A stretch of 64,000 nucleotides of DNA from Candidatus Methylomirabilota bacterium (GCA_046723475.1 JBKOUQ010000147.1:23487-87486); one strand, 5' to 3'; numbered from the stretch's first letter, positions 18,138 to 28,368 are shown. The notes: generated by a model from the letters alone, not told the origin. Translations and numbers: made by a program.

Positions 18138-18464
18138 ATGAGGACGCTCAGTATCACGGCCGTGATCGGAGTCTGTGCCGCGCTCATGCCTGTCGTCGCA
18201 CCAGCCACGGTGCTCGCGCAATCCGCCAGTCCGGAGACCGAGATGCAGCAGGAGATGCGTCACCGCCGCGTCATCGTACGGCCCGCCGTTCCGCCGGAGC
18301 AGGTCGAGCGCGACGCCGAGCACGCCGCGGCGGAGATCCAGCGGCAACGCGACGACGCTGCCGCGCGTGAGCTGACACGTCCAACGCAGCGTGCCCCCCA
18401 GGTCGATCAGGACCTCAAGGGCGGCATCCAGACCCGCAATCTGAACAACGCCGTCCGCCGCTAG
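18138..18464 (+). CDS. Secreted hypothetical protein
   Basis: RBS GGGGGAG precedes the ATG. Signal peptide MRTLSITAVIGVCAALMPVVAPATVLAQS followed by a charged low-complexity region. Confidence 0.5.
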   Translation: MRTLSITAVIGVCAALMPVVAPATVLAQSASPETEMQQEMRHRRVIVRPAVPPEQVERDAEHAAAEIQRQRDDAAARELTRPTQRAPQVDQDLKGGIQTRNLNNAVRR

Positions 18465-18529
18465 TCGCGCGACCGTGCGGCCCTGGGCCCGGCCCCGGCG
18501 CGGGGAATCGTGCTAGGCTGCCAATCCCG

Positions 18530-19630
18530 ATGACGCGCGACGAAATTCCGACCCCCGCGCTGCTGCTCGACATGGACCGCTTCGAGCGCAATCTCGAGCG
18601 CATGGCCAAGCACGTACGCGCCGCCGGTAAGTCGCTGCGGCCGCACGCCAAGACGCACCGGTGCCCGGAGATCGCGCATCGTCAGATCGCGGCGGGCGCG
18701 CTCGGTGTCGCGTGCGCGAAGCTCGGCGAGGCCGAGGTGATGGCGCGCCACGGCATCCGCGGTTTCCTCATCACCACCGAGGTCGTCGCGCCCAGTGCCG
18801 TGCGCCGGCTGACGCGCCTGGTGGCCGAGGCGCCGGACACGATGGTCGTCGTCGACAACGCCGACAACGTCGACACGCTCGCGCGCGCCGCGGCGGACGA
18901 TGGCGTGACGCTCAACGTCCTGATCGACGTCGACGTCGGCGGTCGCCGCACGGGCGCGCAGCCGGGCGAGCCGGCCCTTGCGCTGGCTCGCCAGGTGGCC
19001 CACCGCGGTGCGCTCCGGCTACGCGGCCTGCAGGGTTACGCCGGTCACTGTGCCCACGTGATGGGGTGGGCAGCGCGTCGCGAGGCGTCGCTCGCCGCCA
19101 TGGCGCCGCTGATGGATACGCGCGCGCGGCTCGAGGCGGATGGCTTGCCGGTGGAGATCGTCGCGGGCGGCTCGACGGGGACGTGGGACATCGACGTCGA
19201 GCTGACGGGGCTCACCGAGCTGCAGAGCGGGTCCTACTGCGTGATGGACGTCGACTACCGTCGGATCGGCGACCGAAGCGGTGACTCACTGACGGCGTTC
19301 GAGATGGCGCTCACCGTGGCGACGACCGTGGTCAGTGTGCCGACGCGTGATCGTGCGATGGTCGACGGCGGACTGAAGGCGTTTTCCACGGACAAGCCGT
19401 TTCCGCCGGAGGCCGTCGAGCGGCCCGGCGTCGAGTACGGCTTCGCGGGCGACGAGCACGGGCGGCTGACGGTCATCGATCCATCGCGCGCGCCGAAGCT
19501 CGGCGAGCGCATCGAGTTCTTCCCGCCACACTGCGATCCGACGTTCAACCTCTACGACCGTCTCTGGTGTGTGCGCGGGCCGCGCGTCGAGGCGGTCTGG
19601 GACATCGCCGCGCGCGGTCGCTCGGACTGA
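18530..19630 (+). CDS. Alanine-racemase-domain PLP enzyme, D-serine dehydratase-like / D-threonine aldolase-like (DSD1 family)
   Basis: LRPHAKTHRCPEIA carries the PLP-Lys in the HAKTH motif. The C-terminal beta-domain has ...FFPPHCDPTFNLYD. Confidence 0.85.
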   Translation: MTRDEIPTPALLLDMDRFERNLERMAKHVRAAGKSLRPHAKTHRCPEIAHRQIAAGALGVACAKLGEAEVMARHGIRGFLITTEVVAPSAVRRLTRLVAEAPDTMVVVDNADNVDTLARAAADDGVTLNVLIDVDVGGRRTGAQPGEPALALARQVAHRGALRLRGLQGYAGHCAHVMGWAARREASLAAMAPLMDTRARLEADGLPVEIVAGGSTGTWDIDVELTGLTELQSGSYCVMDVDYRRIGDRSGDSLTAFEMALTVATTVVSVPTRDRAMVDGGLKAFSTDKPFPPEAVERPGVEYGFAGDEHGRLTVIDPSRAPKLGERIEFFPPHCDPTFNLYDRLWCVRGPRVEAVWDIAARGRSD

Positions 19631-19664
19631 GCACCGGGCAGCCGCGCCCGGTCATCTCAACGCC

Positions 19665-20783
19665 ATGCGCTGGGTGATCGCGCTGGCCGGCGGTCTGTGG
19701 ATCGTGATCATCGCGTGGGACACGTTCGAAGCCGTCGTGCTGCCTCGGCGGGCCACGCGCCGCTTCCGCACGACGCGGCTGTTCTTCCGCACGACCTGGT
19801 GGGCGTGGTCGGCTGTCGCGCGGCGGATACGTCCGGGCGGTCGACGCGAAGCGTGCCTGTCCTACTACGGCCCGCTGTCGCTCTTGCTGCTGTTTGCCGT
19901 CTGGGCCGCGAGCTTCATCGCGGCGTTCGCGATGGTGCAATTTGGGCTCGGCACGCGGCTCTCCGTCGAAGGCGGCGGCACATTCGCTCAGCACATCTAC
20001 ATGAGCGGGGAAACGTTCTTCACGCTCGGCCTCGGCGACATCACGCCCGTGTCTCCGCTGGGCCGCGCTCTCATGGTCGTCGAGGCGGGCATGGGCTTCG
20101 GATTTCTCGCGCTGGTGATCGGCTACGTGCCGATCCTCTACCAGTCGTTCTCTCGTCGTGAGGTCGAGATCACGCGGCTCGACGCGCGCGCGGGCTCGCC
20201 GCCGAGCGCCGAGGAGCTGCTGCGCGGACACGGTGACGACCTGGGCCAGCTCGCCGAGCTGCTGCGCGAGTGGGAGCGCTGGAGCGCGGACGTGCTGGAG
20301 TCGCATCTGTCGTATCCGGTGCTCTCGTACTACCGCTCGCAGCACGACAACCAGTCGTGGCTCGCGGCGCTGACGACGGTTCTCGATGCGAGCGCGCTCG
20401 TGAGCATCGGCGTCGAGGGCGCGTGCCAGCGACAAGCGCGCCTGACGTTTGCCATGGCGCGCCACACCGTCGCGGACATCGCGCAAGTGCTCGGGCGTCC
20501 GCCGATCGCCGACGTGGATCGACTTCCCGGCGACGAGCTGGCGCGCCTGCGCGCCTCGCTGAGCGCCGCCGGCGTCACACTGAACACCGGCGCGGGCGCC
20601 GACGACAAGCTCGCGGAGCTGCGTACGATGTACGAGCCGTACGTCGCGGCGCTCTCGCGGCATCTGCTCATGCCGCTGCCGCCGTGGCGGACGGGCGGGC
20701 GCGCGCGCGAGAACTGGCGGATCACGGCCTGGGGGCAGACGAGCGCGTCCCCCGAGGATCTGCATCCCGAGGACCGCGACTGA
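19665..20783 (+). CDS. Ion-transport (two-TM potassium-channel-like) protein with C-terminal cytoplasmic domain
   Basis: TM1, pore helix, then FTLGLGDITP resembling the K+ selectivity filter TxGxGD, then TM2. About 230 aa of C-terminal region is unknown. Start is the ATG at aa 33 of the track ORF. Confidence 0.7.
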   Translation: MRWVIALAGGLWIVIIAWDTFEAVVLPRRATRRFRTTRLFFRTTWWAWSAVARRIRPGGRREACLSYYGPLSLLLLFAVWAASFIAAFAMVQFGLGTRLSVEGGGTFAQHIYMSGETFFTLGLGDITPVSPLGRALMVVEAGMGFGFLALVIGYVPILYQSFSRREVEITRLDARAGSPPSAEELLRGHGDDLGQLAELLREWERWSADVLESHLSYPVLSYYRSQHDNQSWLAALTTVLDASALVSIGVEGACQRQARLTFAMARHTVADIAQVLGRPPIADVDRLPGDELARLRASLSAAGVTLNTGAGADDKLAELRTMYEPYVAALSRHLLMPLPPWRTGGRARENWRITAWGQTSASPEDLHPEDRD

Positions 20784-21682
20784 TGGAGCGGCGCCGCCTG
20801 GGACGGACGGACATGGAGGTCAGCGCGCTCGGGTTCGGCGGCTCGGAGATCGGCTACGAAGGTGTCGGTCAGGGCGTGGCCACGCGGCTGCTCACCGCCG
20901 CGCTCGACGCCGGGTTGAACGTCATCGACACCGCCGAATGCTACGCCGACAGCGAGGCGCTCATCGGGCGCGCCGTGAGCGATCGCCGACGCGAGTTCCA
21001 TCTGTTCACGAAAGTCGGACACGCGGCCGGCTGGGGTCGCGACGACTGGCGGCCCGCCGCGATCCTCAAGTCGATCGAGCGCAGTGTCGAGCGGCTACGC
21101 ACCGACGCGGTCGACCTCGTCCAGCTGCACTCCTGCTCGGAGGGCGTGCTGCGTCGCGGCGACGCGATCACCGCGCTCGAGACGGCGCGGGCGCGCGGGC
21201 TCACGCGTTACATCGGCTACAGCGGCGACGGCGGCGCCGCCCGCTATGCGGTGGAGACCGGAAGGTTCGACACCCTGCAGATCTCGGTGAGCGTCGCCGA
21301 CCAGGAGGCGATCGACGCGGTGTTACCAGCGGCGCGAGAGCTCGGCATGGGTGTGATCGCCAAGCGGCCGGTGGCGAACGTGGCGTGGCGGACTCGATCA
21401 CGCCCTCCGGCGAGTGCCTATCACCGCGTGTACTGGGATCGATTGCGCGCGCTCGACTATGCGTTTCTCGCGCAGCCGCTCGAGGACGCCGTCGCCACCG
21501 CGCTGCGCTTCACGCTCGGGGTGCCGGGCATCCATACCGCGATCGTCGGCACCACGAAGCCTGCGCGCTGGCGGCAAAACGCCGAGCGCGTGGCCGCGGG
21601 CCCGCTGCCGCACGCCGAGTTCGAGGCGATCCGCGTCCGCTGGCGCGAGCGCGCGGGTCGCGACTGGCACGGACAGACCTAG
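20783..21682 (+). CDS. Aldo/keto reductase
   Basis: MERRRLGRTDMEVSALGFGG...NVIDTAECYADSE...LVQLHS carries the AKR catalytic tetrad context. Start overlaps the upstream stop (TGATG). Confidence 0.85.
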   Translation: MERRRLGRTDMEVSALGFGGSEIGYEGVGQGVATRLLTAALDAGLNVIDTAECYADSEALIGRAVSDRRREFHLFTKVGHAAGWGRDDWRPAAILKSIERSVERLRTDAVDLVQLHSCSEGVLRRGDAITALETARARGLTRYIGYSGDGGAARYAVETGRFDTLQISVSVADQEAIDAVLPAARELGMGVIAKRPVANVAWRTRSRPPASAYHRVYWDRLRALDYAFLAQPLEDAVATALRFTLGVPGIHTAIVGTTKPARWRQNAERVAAGPLPHAEFEAIRVRWRERAGRDWHGQT

Positions 21683-21705
21683 ACAGCGTGGGCGGGTGCT
21701 ATGGG

Positions 21706-22524
21706 TCAGGGCGACTCCGGCGGCACGGCGCCCGGCGCGCGCCCCCGGAGCGAGGCGAGCATCTCGCGCGCACGTGGCACATCGCTCATCGTCCAGCGCG
21801 GGTGGTCAGTCGGCGCCGTTTCGCCCATCACGGCCTGCAGCTCGCGCGTGGCCTCCGACCATCTGCGCTCCGTCACGTAGAGTCGCGCGAGCTCCACGCG
21901 CCCGCCGGTGTGGTGCGGATCGAGCTCGAGCGCCCGAACAAGGAGCGCCTCGGCCTTCGCACGATCGCCGCCCATGAGCCTCGGCAGCCCGGCGGCGAGG
22001 CCGCCGGCGAGGATCAGACCATCGACACTCGACGCGTTGAGCCGCAGCACGGTCTCCGATTCATGCCGGATGGTCGTGACGAGACCAAGCGCGCGGCTGA
22101 CGCCGGCAATCTCTGCCAGGCGACCGCTGTTGAAGGCGAGCAGCAGGTGGGCGCGCTCGTTTCCAGGCGCGGCGGCGACCACTCGCTGCGCGGCGCGCGC
22201 GCCGTGCTCGTATGCGGACACGCGCTCGGCGTCCGAGCGCGCGCGGAAGTCGCCGGTGAGGAACCAGGCGCCGGACAGCTCGACGAGCGCATCGGTCGTC
22301 GGATTGCGGGCCACCTCGGCTTCCAGCAGCGCGCGGGCCCGGTCGATGCGTGCCGGATCCTCGTGCCACGCGGCGAGTAGCGCACGCGCGCTGTCGAGAT
22401 CGGGCTGCGCGGCGGCGGTGCCGGCCAGCGCGGCGAGCACCAGCAGCGTCGGTGCCACCCACCCGCGCCTTGCGGCCGCCATCACGGCGGCGGTCGGGGC
22501 GCCGTCGACGCGTGTGCGGCTCAC
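21706..22524 (-). CDS. Secreted TPR-like repeat protein
   Basis: Signal peptide MAAARRGWVAPTLLVLAALAGTAAAQ (alternative start 22482) followed by helical repeat-like sequence. Confidence 0.5.
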   Translation of the reverse strand: MSRTRVDGAPTAAVMAAARRGWVAPTLLVLAALAGTAAAQPDLDSARALLAAWHEDPARIDRARALLEAEVARNPTTDALVELSGAWFLTGDFRARSDAERVSAYEHGARAAQRVVAAAPGNERAHLLLAFNSGRLAEIAGVSRALGLVTTIRHESETVLRLNASSVDGLILAGGLAAGLPRLMGGDRAKAEALLVRALELDPHHTGGRVELARLYVTERRWSEATRELQAVMGETAPTDHPRWTMSDVPRAREMLASLRGRAPGAVPPESP

Positions 22525-22970
22525 GTCGTCGGGCGATACGCGATCAGATAGCGGTGTTCGCCCTCGAGCACGGTTTCGCCGCGCTGATTGTCGAGCGTGA
22601 CGCGCAAGGTCAGCAGACCGGCGGAGCGCTTGCGCTCCAGCGCGATGACTTCGTGACGCGGCTTGAGCGTGTCGCCGACGAACACCGCGTGGCGGAAGCG
22701 TGTCGTCTGCTCGAGGAACGCCACGATCGAGCTCTCGATCACGGCAGCGAGCGTGGAGGCGCCGACTGCGGTCATCGACGTGAGCAGCAAGCCGTGGGCG
22801 AGGCGTCGTCCGTAACGCGTGCCCTTCGCATACTCGTCGTCGTAATGGATCGGGTGCGCGTCGCCGGTCATGCCGGCGAAGAACATGAAATGGGCGTCGG
22901 TCAGCGTCTTCGACGGGCTCTCGAACCGGTCGCCGATCGTGAAGTCCTCGAACCAGCGCTGAGCCGTCAC
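22521..22970 (-). CDS. MaoC-like dehydratase (hotdog fold)
   Basis: FEDFTIGDRFESPSKTLTDAHFMFFAGMTGDAHPIHYDDEYA is the hotdog motif. The GTG start overlaps the dus stop (GTGA). Confidence 0.8.
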   Translation of the reverse strand: MTAQRWFEDFTIGDRFESPSKTLTDAHFMFFAGMTGDAHPIHYDDEYAKGTRYGRRLAHGLLLTSMTAVGASTLAAVIESSIVAFLEQTTRFRHAVFVGDTLKPRHEVIALERKRSAGLLTLRVTLDNQRGETVLEGEHRYLIAYRPTT

Positions 22971-23869
22971 CACAGCCGCCAGAACAGCTCGTACAGCTCG
23001 GCCGCGGTCTCTGCGGCGAACATCGCCGGCCGGGCGCGCGCGGCGAACGGCAGGCCGTCGGAGTACCACGCGAGGTGCTTCTTGAGCTGGACGAGCGCCG
23101 GGCGCTCGGGGAAATGTTCTTCGATGAGCGCGCAGTGCCGCCGGATCACGGCCTCGCGCTCCGGCCGCGACACGTCCACACCCCGGAAGATCCACGGTCG
23201 TCCGAGCGCGCCGCGGCCGATCATCACGGCCGCGCAGCCGGTGGTCGCCATCATCGCGCGCGCGTCGTCAACCGACCGCACGTCGCCGTTGCCGGTCACC
23301 GGCACGCGCACGGCTCGCACCACATCGGCGATGATGTCCCACGGCGCGCGGCCCGTATACTGCTGCGACCGCGTGCGCGGGTGCACGGTGACGGCATCGA
23401 CGCCCTCGCTCTCCGCGAGTCGCGCGATCTCCGGCGCGTTCACGGTCCGCTCGTCCCAGCCGCCGCGGATCTTGATGCTCAAGCTGCCCGCCACCGCCTT
23501 GCGGAGGGTGCGAACGATCACCGCGGCGCGCAGCGGATCGCGCATCAGCGCGGCGCCCTGGCCCTTGGCGACGATCTTGGCCACCGGGCAGCCCATGTTG
23601 AGATCGATCCCGTCCGCTCCCGCGGCCTCGAGCCGCCGCGCCGCCTCGGCGAGGACGTCCGGGTCCTCGCCGAGCAGCTGCATCACGAGGGGGCGCTCGG
23701 CGGGCAGGTACGACGTCAGCGCGATCGTGCGCGCGTTGTCGCGGACGAGCGCGCGGGCATCGATCTCCTCGCTGGTCGAGAGGCCGGCGCCGCACTCGCG
23801 TGCGACGAGCCGGAACGGCGCGTTCGTCACGCCGGCCATGGGAGCGAGACGCAGGTCGAGCGCGATCAC
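22967..23869 (-). CDS. tRNA-dihydrouridine synthase (Dus family)
   Basis: LAPMAGVTNAPFR...GADGIDLNMGCPVAKIV...IKIRGGWD are Dus FMN/TIM-barrel signatures with the catalytic Cys. Confidence 0.9.
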   Translation of the reverse strand: MIALDLRLAPMAGVTNAPFRLVARECGAGLSTSEEIDARALVRDNARTIALTSYLPAERPLVMQLLGEDPDVLAEAARRLEAAGADGIDLNMGCPVAKIVAKGQGAALMRDPLRAAVIVRTLRKAVAGSLSIKIRGGWDERTVNAPEIARLAESEGVDAVTVHPRTRSQQYTGRAPWDIIADVVRAVRVPVTGNGDVRSVDDARAMMATTGCAAVMIGRGALGRPWIFRGVDVSRPEREAVIRRHCALIEEHFPERPALVQLKKHLAWYSDGLPFAARARPAMFAAETAAELYELFWRLW

Positions 23870-23909
23870 CCCGTCATTCTATCGTGCACGTCGCCTCCGA
23901 CTGTGCACG

Positions 23910-24674
23910 TCAGCGCCGCGCGGCCAGCACCGCGACCGGGAAGCCGTAGTGAAGCTGCTCGCCCACGCGCCGCGTCTGGATCCCGAGCGCGTCGTCGGCC
24001 AGCGAGGCGCGGAACAGCGCGCGGATCTTGTCGGCATCGCCCGGATTCGGGAACGATCGGGCGAGCAGGCCTTCCAGCTCTCCTTCGAGCCGATAGAACG
24101 TCTGGCGCGGCTCGCCCAGGCCGACCTTGGAGAACAGCGCCAGGTGCTCGGCGGCGGGCAGCGCGCGCGTGTGCGAGGGATCGCGGAGCCGTTCCATCGC
24201 GTTGAACGCGTCCGCCTTGTCGGGCGCGGGGGCGCTGTCGATGACCATGACGGTGCCGCCCGGCGCGCACACGCGGCGCATCTCGGCAAGCACCGCGCCC
24301 GGGTCGAGGAGGTGGTGGAACGCGAAACGCGACACCACGACGGTGAACGCGCCGTCGGCGAACGGCAGCGGAAGCACGTCGCCGTGGTGCCACGTGAGGT
24401 TCGTGAGCCCCTGTTCCTTCTGCAGCTGCCGCGCGCGGTCGAGCATCGCCGGCGTGAGGTCGATGCCGGTCACGTGTCGGGCGACCTTGGCGAACGCGCA
24501 GGCAAGGATGCCGGGGCCGGACGCCACGTCGAGCACGGTATCGTCGGGCCCGCAGCCGCTGAACTCGATCACCATGCGGAGCGCCGCCTCGTCGCGGATC
24601 GACGGCGCGGTCGCGAACGGCACGGCCTGTCGCGTGAACTGATCCAGAATCGCGTCACGATGCGTTTCGCTCAT
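23910..24674 (-). CDS. Class I SAM-dependent methyltransferase
   Basis: VLDVASGPGILA is motif I, followed by ...GAFTVVVSRFAFHHL. Confidence 0.85.
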   Translation of the reverse strand: MSETHRDAILDQFTRQAVPFATAPSIRDEAALRMVIEFSGCGPDDTVLDVASGPGILACAFAKVARHVTGIDLTPAMLDRARQLQKEQGLTNLTWHHGDVLPLPFADGAFTVVVSRFAFHHLLDPGAVLAEMRRVCAPGGTVMVIDSAPAPDKADAFNAMERLRDPSHTRALPAAEHLALFSKVGLGEPRQTFYRLEGELEGLLARSFPNPGDADKIRALFRASLADDALGIQTRRVGEQLHYGFPVAVLAARR

Positions 24675-25906
24675 GTCATCCTCTTGTAGACCCGGCCGCC
24701 CTTCATGATCACGCGCAGGTTGTCCTGCACCTGGAACACCCGGAGATTCTTCAGCGGATTACCCTGCACGACGATCAGGTCGGCGTATTTGTTCGGCTCG
24801 ACGCTGCCGATGCGGTCCTGCATGCGGAACAGCTCCGCGTTGACCTTGGTCGCCGAGAGCAGCACCTCCATCGGCGTCATGACCTGGCCCTTCAGCTCGA
24901 ACTCCACCGCACGCTGAGTCATCATGTCGCCGAGCAGGTCGGATCCCGAGCCGATCTTACAGCCGGCTTTATATGCGTAGGTGAGCCCCTGCAGCGACTG
25001 CTGGCGCGCCATGTCGATCTTGGCGACCTGGTGGTCGCCGATGCCGTAGCGCTTGCCCTCGCGATAGATCGCCTCGTACGTCACCATCGTCGGCACGAGG
25101 AACGCATCCGCCTCCTTGATGGCGCGCGCGGCGGCCTCGCGGATCAGGTTGCCATGCTCGATGGAGCGGACGCCGGCTTCGATCGCGCGCCGCACCGCAG
25201 AGTCCGAGTACGCGTGGCTCAGCACGTACTTGCCGACGGCCTGCGCTTCCTCGACCGCCGCCCGCATCTCGGCCACGGTGAACTGCGTCGTGTCGAGCTC
25301 GTCGGAGGGCGACATCGCGCCGCCCGACGCCATGATCTTGATCTGGTCGACGTCGCGGCGGATGTTCTCGCGCGCGGCCCGGCGCACCTCGTCGGGGCCG
25401 TCGGCGATGAAGCCCACCATGCCGACGCAGCAGTCGATCGGGTCGGTCCACTCGGACCGCCGCCGCTTGTCGCCGTGCCCGCCCGTCTGCGAAATGTAGC
25501 GGCCGGAGACGAGCAGCCGCGGGCCGGGGAAGTGGCCCTCCTCGAGCGCCATGCGAAAGCCGTAGTCCGCGCCCCCCGCGTCCCGCACGGTGGTGAAGCC
25601 CTGCATCAGGCATTCTTCCGCGCGCTTCATCGCTCGCGCGGCGATGTACGACGGCGGGTAGAAGCGGTGCTGATCGGTGATGTTCTCGGTGACGGCGCAG
25701 ATGTGCACATGCGCGTCGGTCAGGCCGGGCATCAGCGTCGCGCCGGCGCAGTCGATGGTCGTCATCGGCCCCGGGAGCGGGCCGGGGCCGCCTTTGGCGC
25801 GCACGTCCTTGATGCGGTCGTCCTCGACGACGACGGTCGCGCCCTCGGTCGGGTCCGCCCCGGTGCAATCGATCAGAAACGCGTTGGTGAAAACCGTCAG
25901 CGACAT
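24671..25906 (-). CDS. Metal-dependent amidohydrolase (imidazolonepropionase/dihydroorotase-like superfamily)
   Basis: MSLTVFTNAFLID...PGLTDAHVHI...HAYSD...GSD. RBS GGACGGAG precedes ATG 25906. The track ORF's 36-aa N-terminal extension is rejected. Confidence 0.85.
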   Translation of the reverse strand: MSLTVFTNAFLIDCTGADPTEGATVVVEDDRIKDVRAKGGPGPLPGPMTTIDCAGATLMPGLTDAHVHICAVTENITDQHRFYPPSYIAARAMKRAEECLMQGFTTVRDAGGADYGFRMALEEGHFPGPRLLVSGRYISQTGGHGDKRRRSEWTDPIDCCVGMVGFIADGPDEVRRAARENIRRDVDQIKIMASGGAMSPSDELDTTQFTVAEMRAAVEEAQAVGKYVLSHAYSDSAVRRAIEAGVRSIEHGNLIREAAARAIKEADAFLVPTMVTYEAIYREGKRYGIGDHQVAKIDMARQQSLQGLTYAYKAGCKIGSGSDLLGDMMTQRAVEFELKGQVMTPMEVLLSATKVNAELFRMQDRIGSVEPNKYADLIVVQGNPLKNLRVFQVQDNLRVIMKGGRVYKRMT

Positions 25907-25922
25907 GTGTGGCTCCGTCCGC

Positions 25923-27467
25923 TTACCGCGGTGTGATCTTCGCCTCGTACATCCAGACTTTTTCGTCGGCACGCGGCGTCCACTCCACCGACTGCGCCAC
26001 GCCGTAGAGGTCATGTTGCTGCCAGAGGAAGACCCACGGCGCCTCGTCGTGGACCAGCTTCTGCAGCTCCGCGTAGGCCGCGGCGCGGGCCTTGGCGTCG
26101 ACGATGGTGACGGCTTTCGCGATCTTGTCGTCGAGAACCTTGTTGTTGCCGTACGACGAGTACGTCGCGTCCGCCTTGAACAGCGGCTCGATGGTGCCCT
26201 GGCCGTGGAGCGCGGGACCCCAGCCGAGGAAGAACATGTCCCCGGTGTTGCGGTTCTTGATCTTGTCCAGATGGGTGCCCCACTCGTTGACGACCACGTT
26301 GGTGTGGATGCCGAGTCGCTGCAGCTGCGCCGCGATCGCCAGCGACACGTCCTTGTCGAGCGGATAGCGCCCGGACGGCGTGTCGAGCGTCAGGTTCAGC
26401 GACTTCGGATCGACGCCCGCCTCCTTGAACAGCGCCTGCGCGCGCGCGGGATCGTACTTGTAGCAGTCCACCGGCGAGAAATCGACGTTGGTCGGGGCCA
26501 GCGGCCCGCACATCTTCGTCGCATGGCCGCGCAGCACCTGGGTGATGAGCTCGTCCACGTTGACGGCATGGTTCATCGCACGGCGCACGCGCACGTCCTG
26601 CATCGGGCCGGGCTTGAGATTCACCAGCGCCAGATAGTTGATGCGCGACGACACTGTCGAGCGCACCTTCGCCCGTCCTGACCGCTCGACGGCCTCGATC
26701 GTGTGCGGCGGCACGTCCTTCATGATGTCGATCTCGCCCGACAGCAGCGCCGCCATGCGGGCGCTGAACTCGGGGATGAACCGGAACGTGACGCGGCTGA
26801 CGTCCGCCGGTCCCTGCCAGTAATCGGAGTTGCGCTCGAGCACCAGGCGCTCGTCGCGGCGCCACTCGACGAACTTGAACGGCCCGGTGCCGATCGGCTT
26901 CTCCGCGAGCTTCTGCGGGCCCTGCTCGCGCAGCGCCTTGGCCGGCATGATCAACAGATCCGTGAGCGAAGCGTGATCGATCACGCTCGGGTACGGCTTG
27001 TCGGTGATCAGTCGCACCGTGTACGGGTCGACGATCTGCACCTCTTTGAGCGGCTTCCAGTACGCGGGCGTGGCGTAGTGGCTCTTGTTCGCCGGGTCGA
27101 GCATGTAATCGAACGTCGCCTTGACCGACTGCGCGTCGAACGGCTCGCCGTTGTGGAACTTGACGCCCTTGCGTAGCGCGAACTCCCAGGTGGTGTCGTT
27201 GATGATTTTCCACGAGGTCGCGAGCATGGGCTTGGGCTTGAGCGTCTTGGCGTCGCGGTCGAGCAGTCGGTCGTAGATGTGCTCGAGCATGTTGTTGGTC
27301 GTCCAGTCCACGATCGTCACCCCGAGCATCGTGCGCGGCTCGGCGCCGAGGCCGACGACGACTTCCTTGGTCTTCGTTCGATCCTGGGCCGCGGCCGGCA
27401 GCACGGCCGCGACGACGGCGACGACGGTGACGAGCATGATGCCCACGGCCGACCCCTGACGACGCAT
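25923..27467 (-). CDS. ABC transporter substrate-binding protein, family 5
   Basis: AGGAGG RBS precedes ATG 27467. Signal peptide MRRQGSAVGIMLVTVVAVVAAVLPAAAQD followed by SBP_bac_5-like sequence. Confidence 0.9.
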   Translation of the reverse strand: MRRQGSAVGIMLVTVVAVVAAVLPAAAQDRTKTKEVVVGLGAEPRTMLGVTIVDWTTNNMLEHIYDRLLDRDAKTLKPKPMLATSWKIINDTTWEFALRKGVKFHNGEPFDAQSVKATFDYMLDPANKSHYATPAYWKPLKEVQIVDPYTVRLITDKPYPSVIDHASLTDLLIMPAKALREQGPQKLAEKPIGTGPFKFVEWRRDERLVLERNSDYWQGPADVSRVTFRFIPEFSARMAALLSGEIDIMKDVPPHTIEAVERSGRAKVRSTVSSRINYLALVNLKPGPMQDVRVRRAMNHAVNVDELITQVLRGHATKMCGPLAPTNVDFSPVDCYKYDPARAQALFKEAGVDPKSLNLTLDTPSGRYPLDKDVSLAIAAQLQRLGIHTNVVVNEWGTHLDKIKNRNTGDMFFLGWGPALHGQGTIEPLFKADATYSSYGNNKVLDDKIAKAVTIVDAKARAAAYAELQKLVHDEAPWVFLWQQHDLYGVAQSVEWTPRADEKVWMYEAKITPR

Positions 27468-27567
27468 AGCAGCCTCCTGACCGTCGCGGCCTGTCCGGCC
27501 CGCACGACGGAGGTCAGAGTGTACCAACTGACATGGGGGGCCCCGATGTGGCCCGCCCCCACGGTCC

Positions 27568-28368
27568 CTACACGCGGAGCTTCGGGTCCAGCGAGTCCCG
27601 CAGCCAGTCGCCGACGAGATTCACGCCGAGCGCGGTAAGCGCAAGCGCCGCGCCGGGAAACGCGGCAAGCCACCATGCGACGTACAGGAAGTCACGGCTC
27701 TCACTCAGCATGCTGCCCCACGCGGGCGTCGGAGGCTGGACGCCAAACCCGAGAAACGAGATGGCGGCCTCGGCCACCACGAACTGCGAGAACTGCAGGC
27801 TTGCGACCACGATGATCGACGGCGCGACGTTCGGCAGCACGTGACGCAACAGCAGCCGCAGCTGCCCGACGCCGAGTGCCGCCGCGGCCTGGACGTATTC
27901 CCGCTCCTTGACGGAGAGTACCTCGCTACGCACGACGCGCGCGTACACGACCCAGCCCGCCGCCGACAGGCTCACGATGATGTTGCGAAGGCCGAGACCG
28001 ACGATCGCGTTGATCGTCAGCGCCAGCAGGATGAACGGAAACGACAGCTGCACGTCGGCCAGCCGCATGATGACCGTGGAGGGCCAGCGCTCGACGAAGC
28101 CGGCGACGAGACCGAGCGCGCCGCCGACGAGCGCGGTGACGAGCACCGTGCACACCCCGATGAACAGCGCCACGCGCGCGCCGAACAGCACGCGCGCGAG
28201 CAGGTCGCGACCGAGCTGATCCGTGCCGAACGGGTGACCTGGCGAGCCCGGCGGCTTGAGGCCGCTGGTGAAGTCGGTGGCGAAGGGATCGGCGGGTGCC
28301 AGCCACGGCGCCGCGAGGGCCACGACAATGACGCCGAGGGTCAGTATCAGGCCGAGGAATTTTTTCAT
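27568..28368 (-). CDS. ABC transporter permease (DppC-like)
   Basis: MKKFLGLILTLGVIVVALAAPWLAPADP...GTDQLGRDLLARVLFGARV. ATGA overlap with the upstream permease. Confidence 0.85.
   Translation of the reverse strand: MKKFLGLILTLGVIVVALAAPWLAPADPFATDFTSGLKPPGSPGHPFGTDQLGRDLLARVLFGARVALFIGVCTVLVTALVGGALGLVAGFVERWPSTVIMRLADVQLSFPFILLALTINAIVGLGLRNIIVSLSAAGWVVYARVVRSEVLSVKEREYVQAAAALGVGQLRLLLRHVLPNVAPSIIVVASLQFSQFVVAEAAISFLGFGVQPPTPAWGSMLSESRDFLYVAWWLAAFPGAALALTALGVNLVGDWLRDSLDPKLRV

Noticed and set aside
24671-26014. 36-aa N-terminal extension of the amidohydrolase. Likewise, the extensions of the 15355..16857, 37536..38975, 48520..49665, 49275..51155, 56621..57901 and 58217..59470 track ORFs were trimmed to internal starts.
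   Set aside because: Extensions are low-complexity or overlap upstream genes. The internal starts have RBS-like sequences or stop-start overlaps and match family N-termini.
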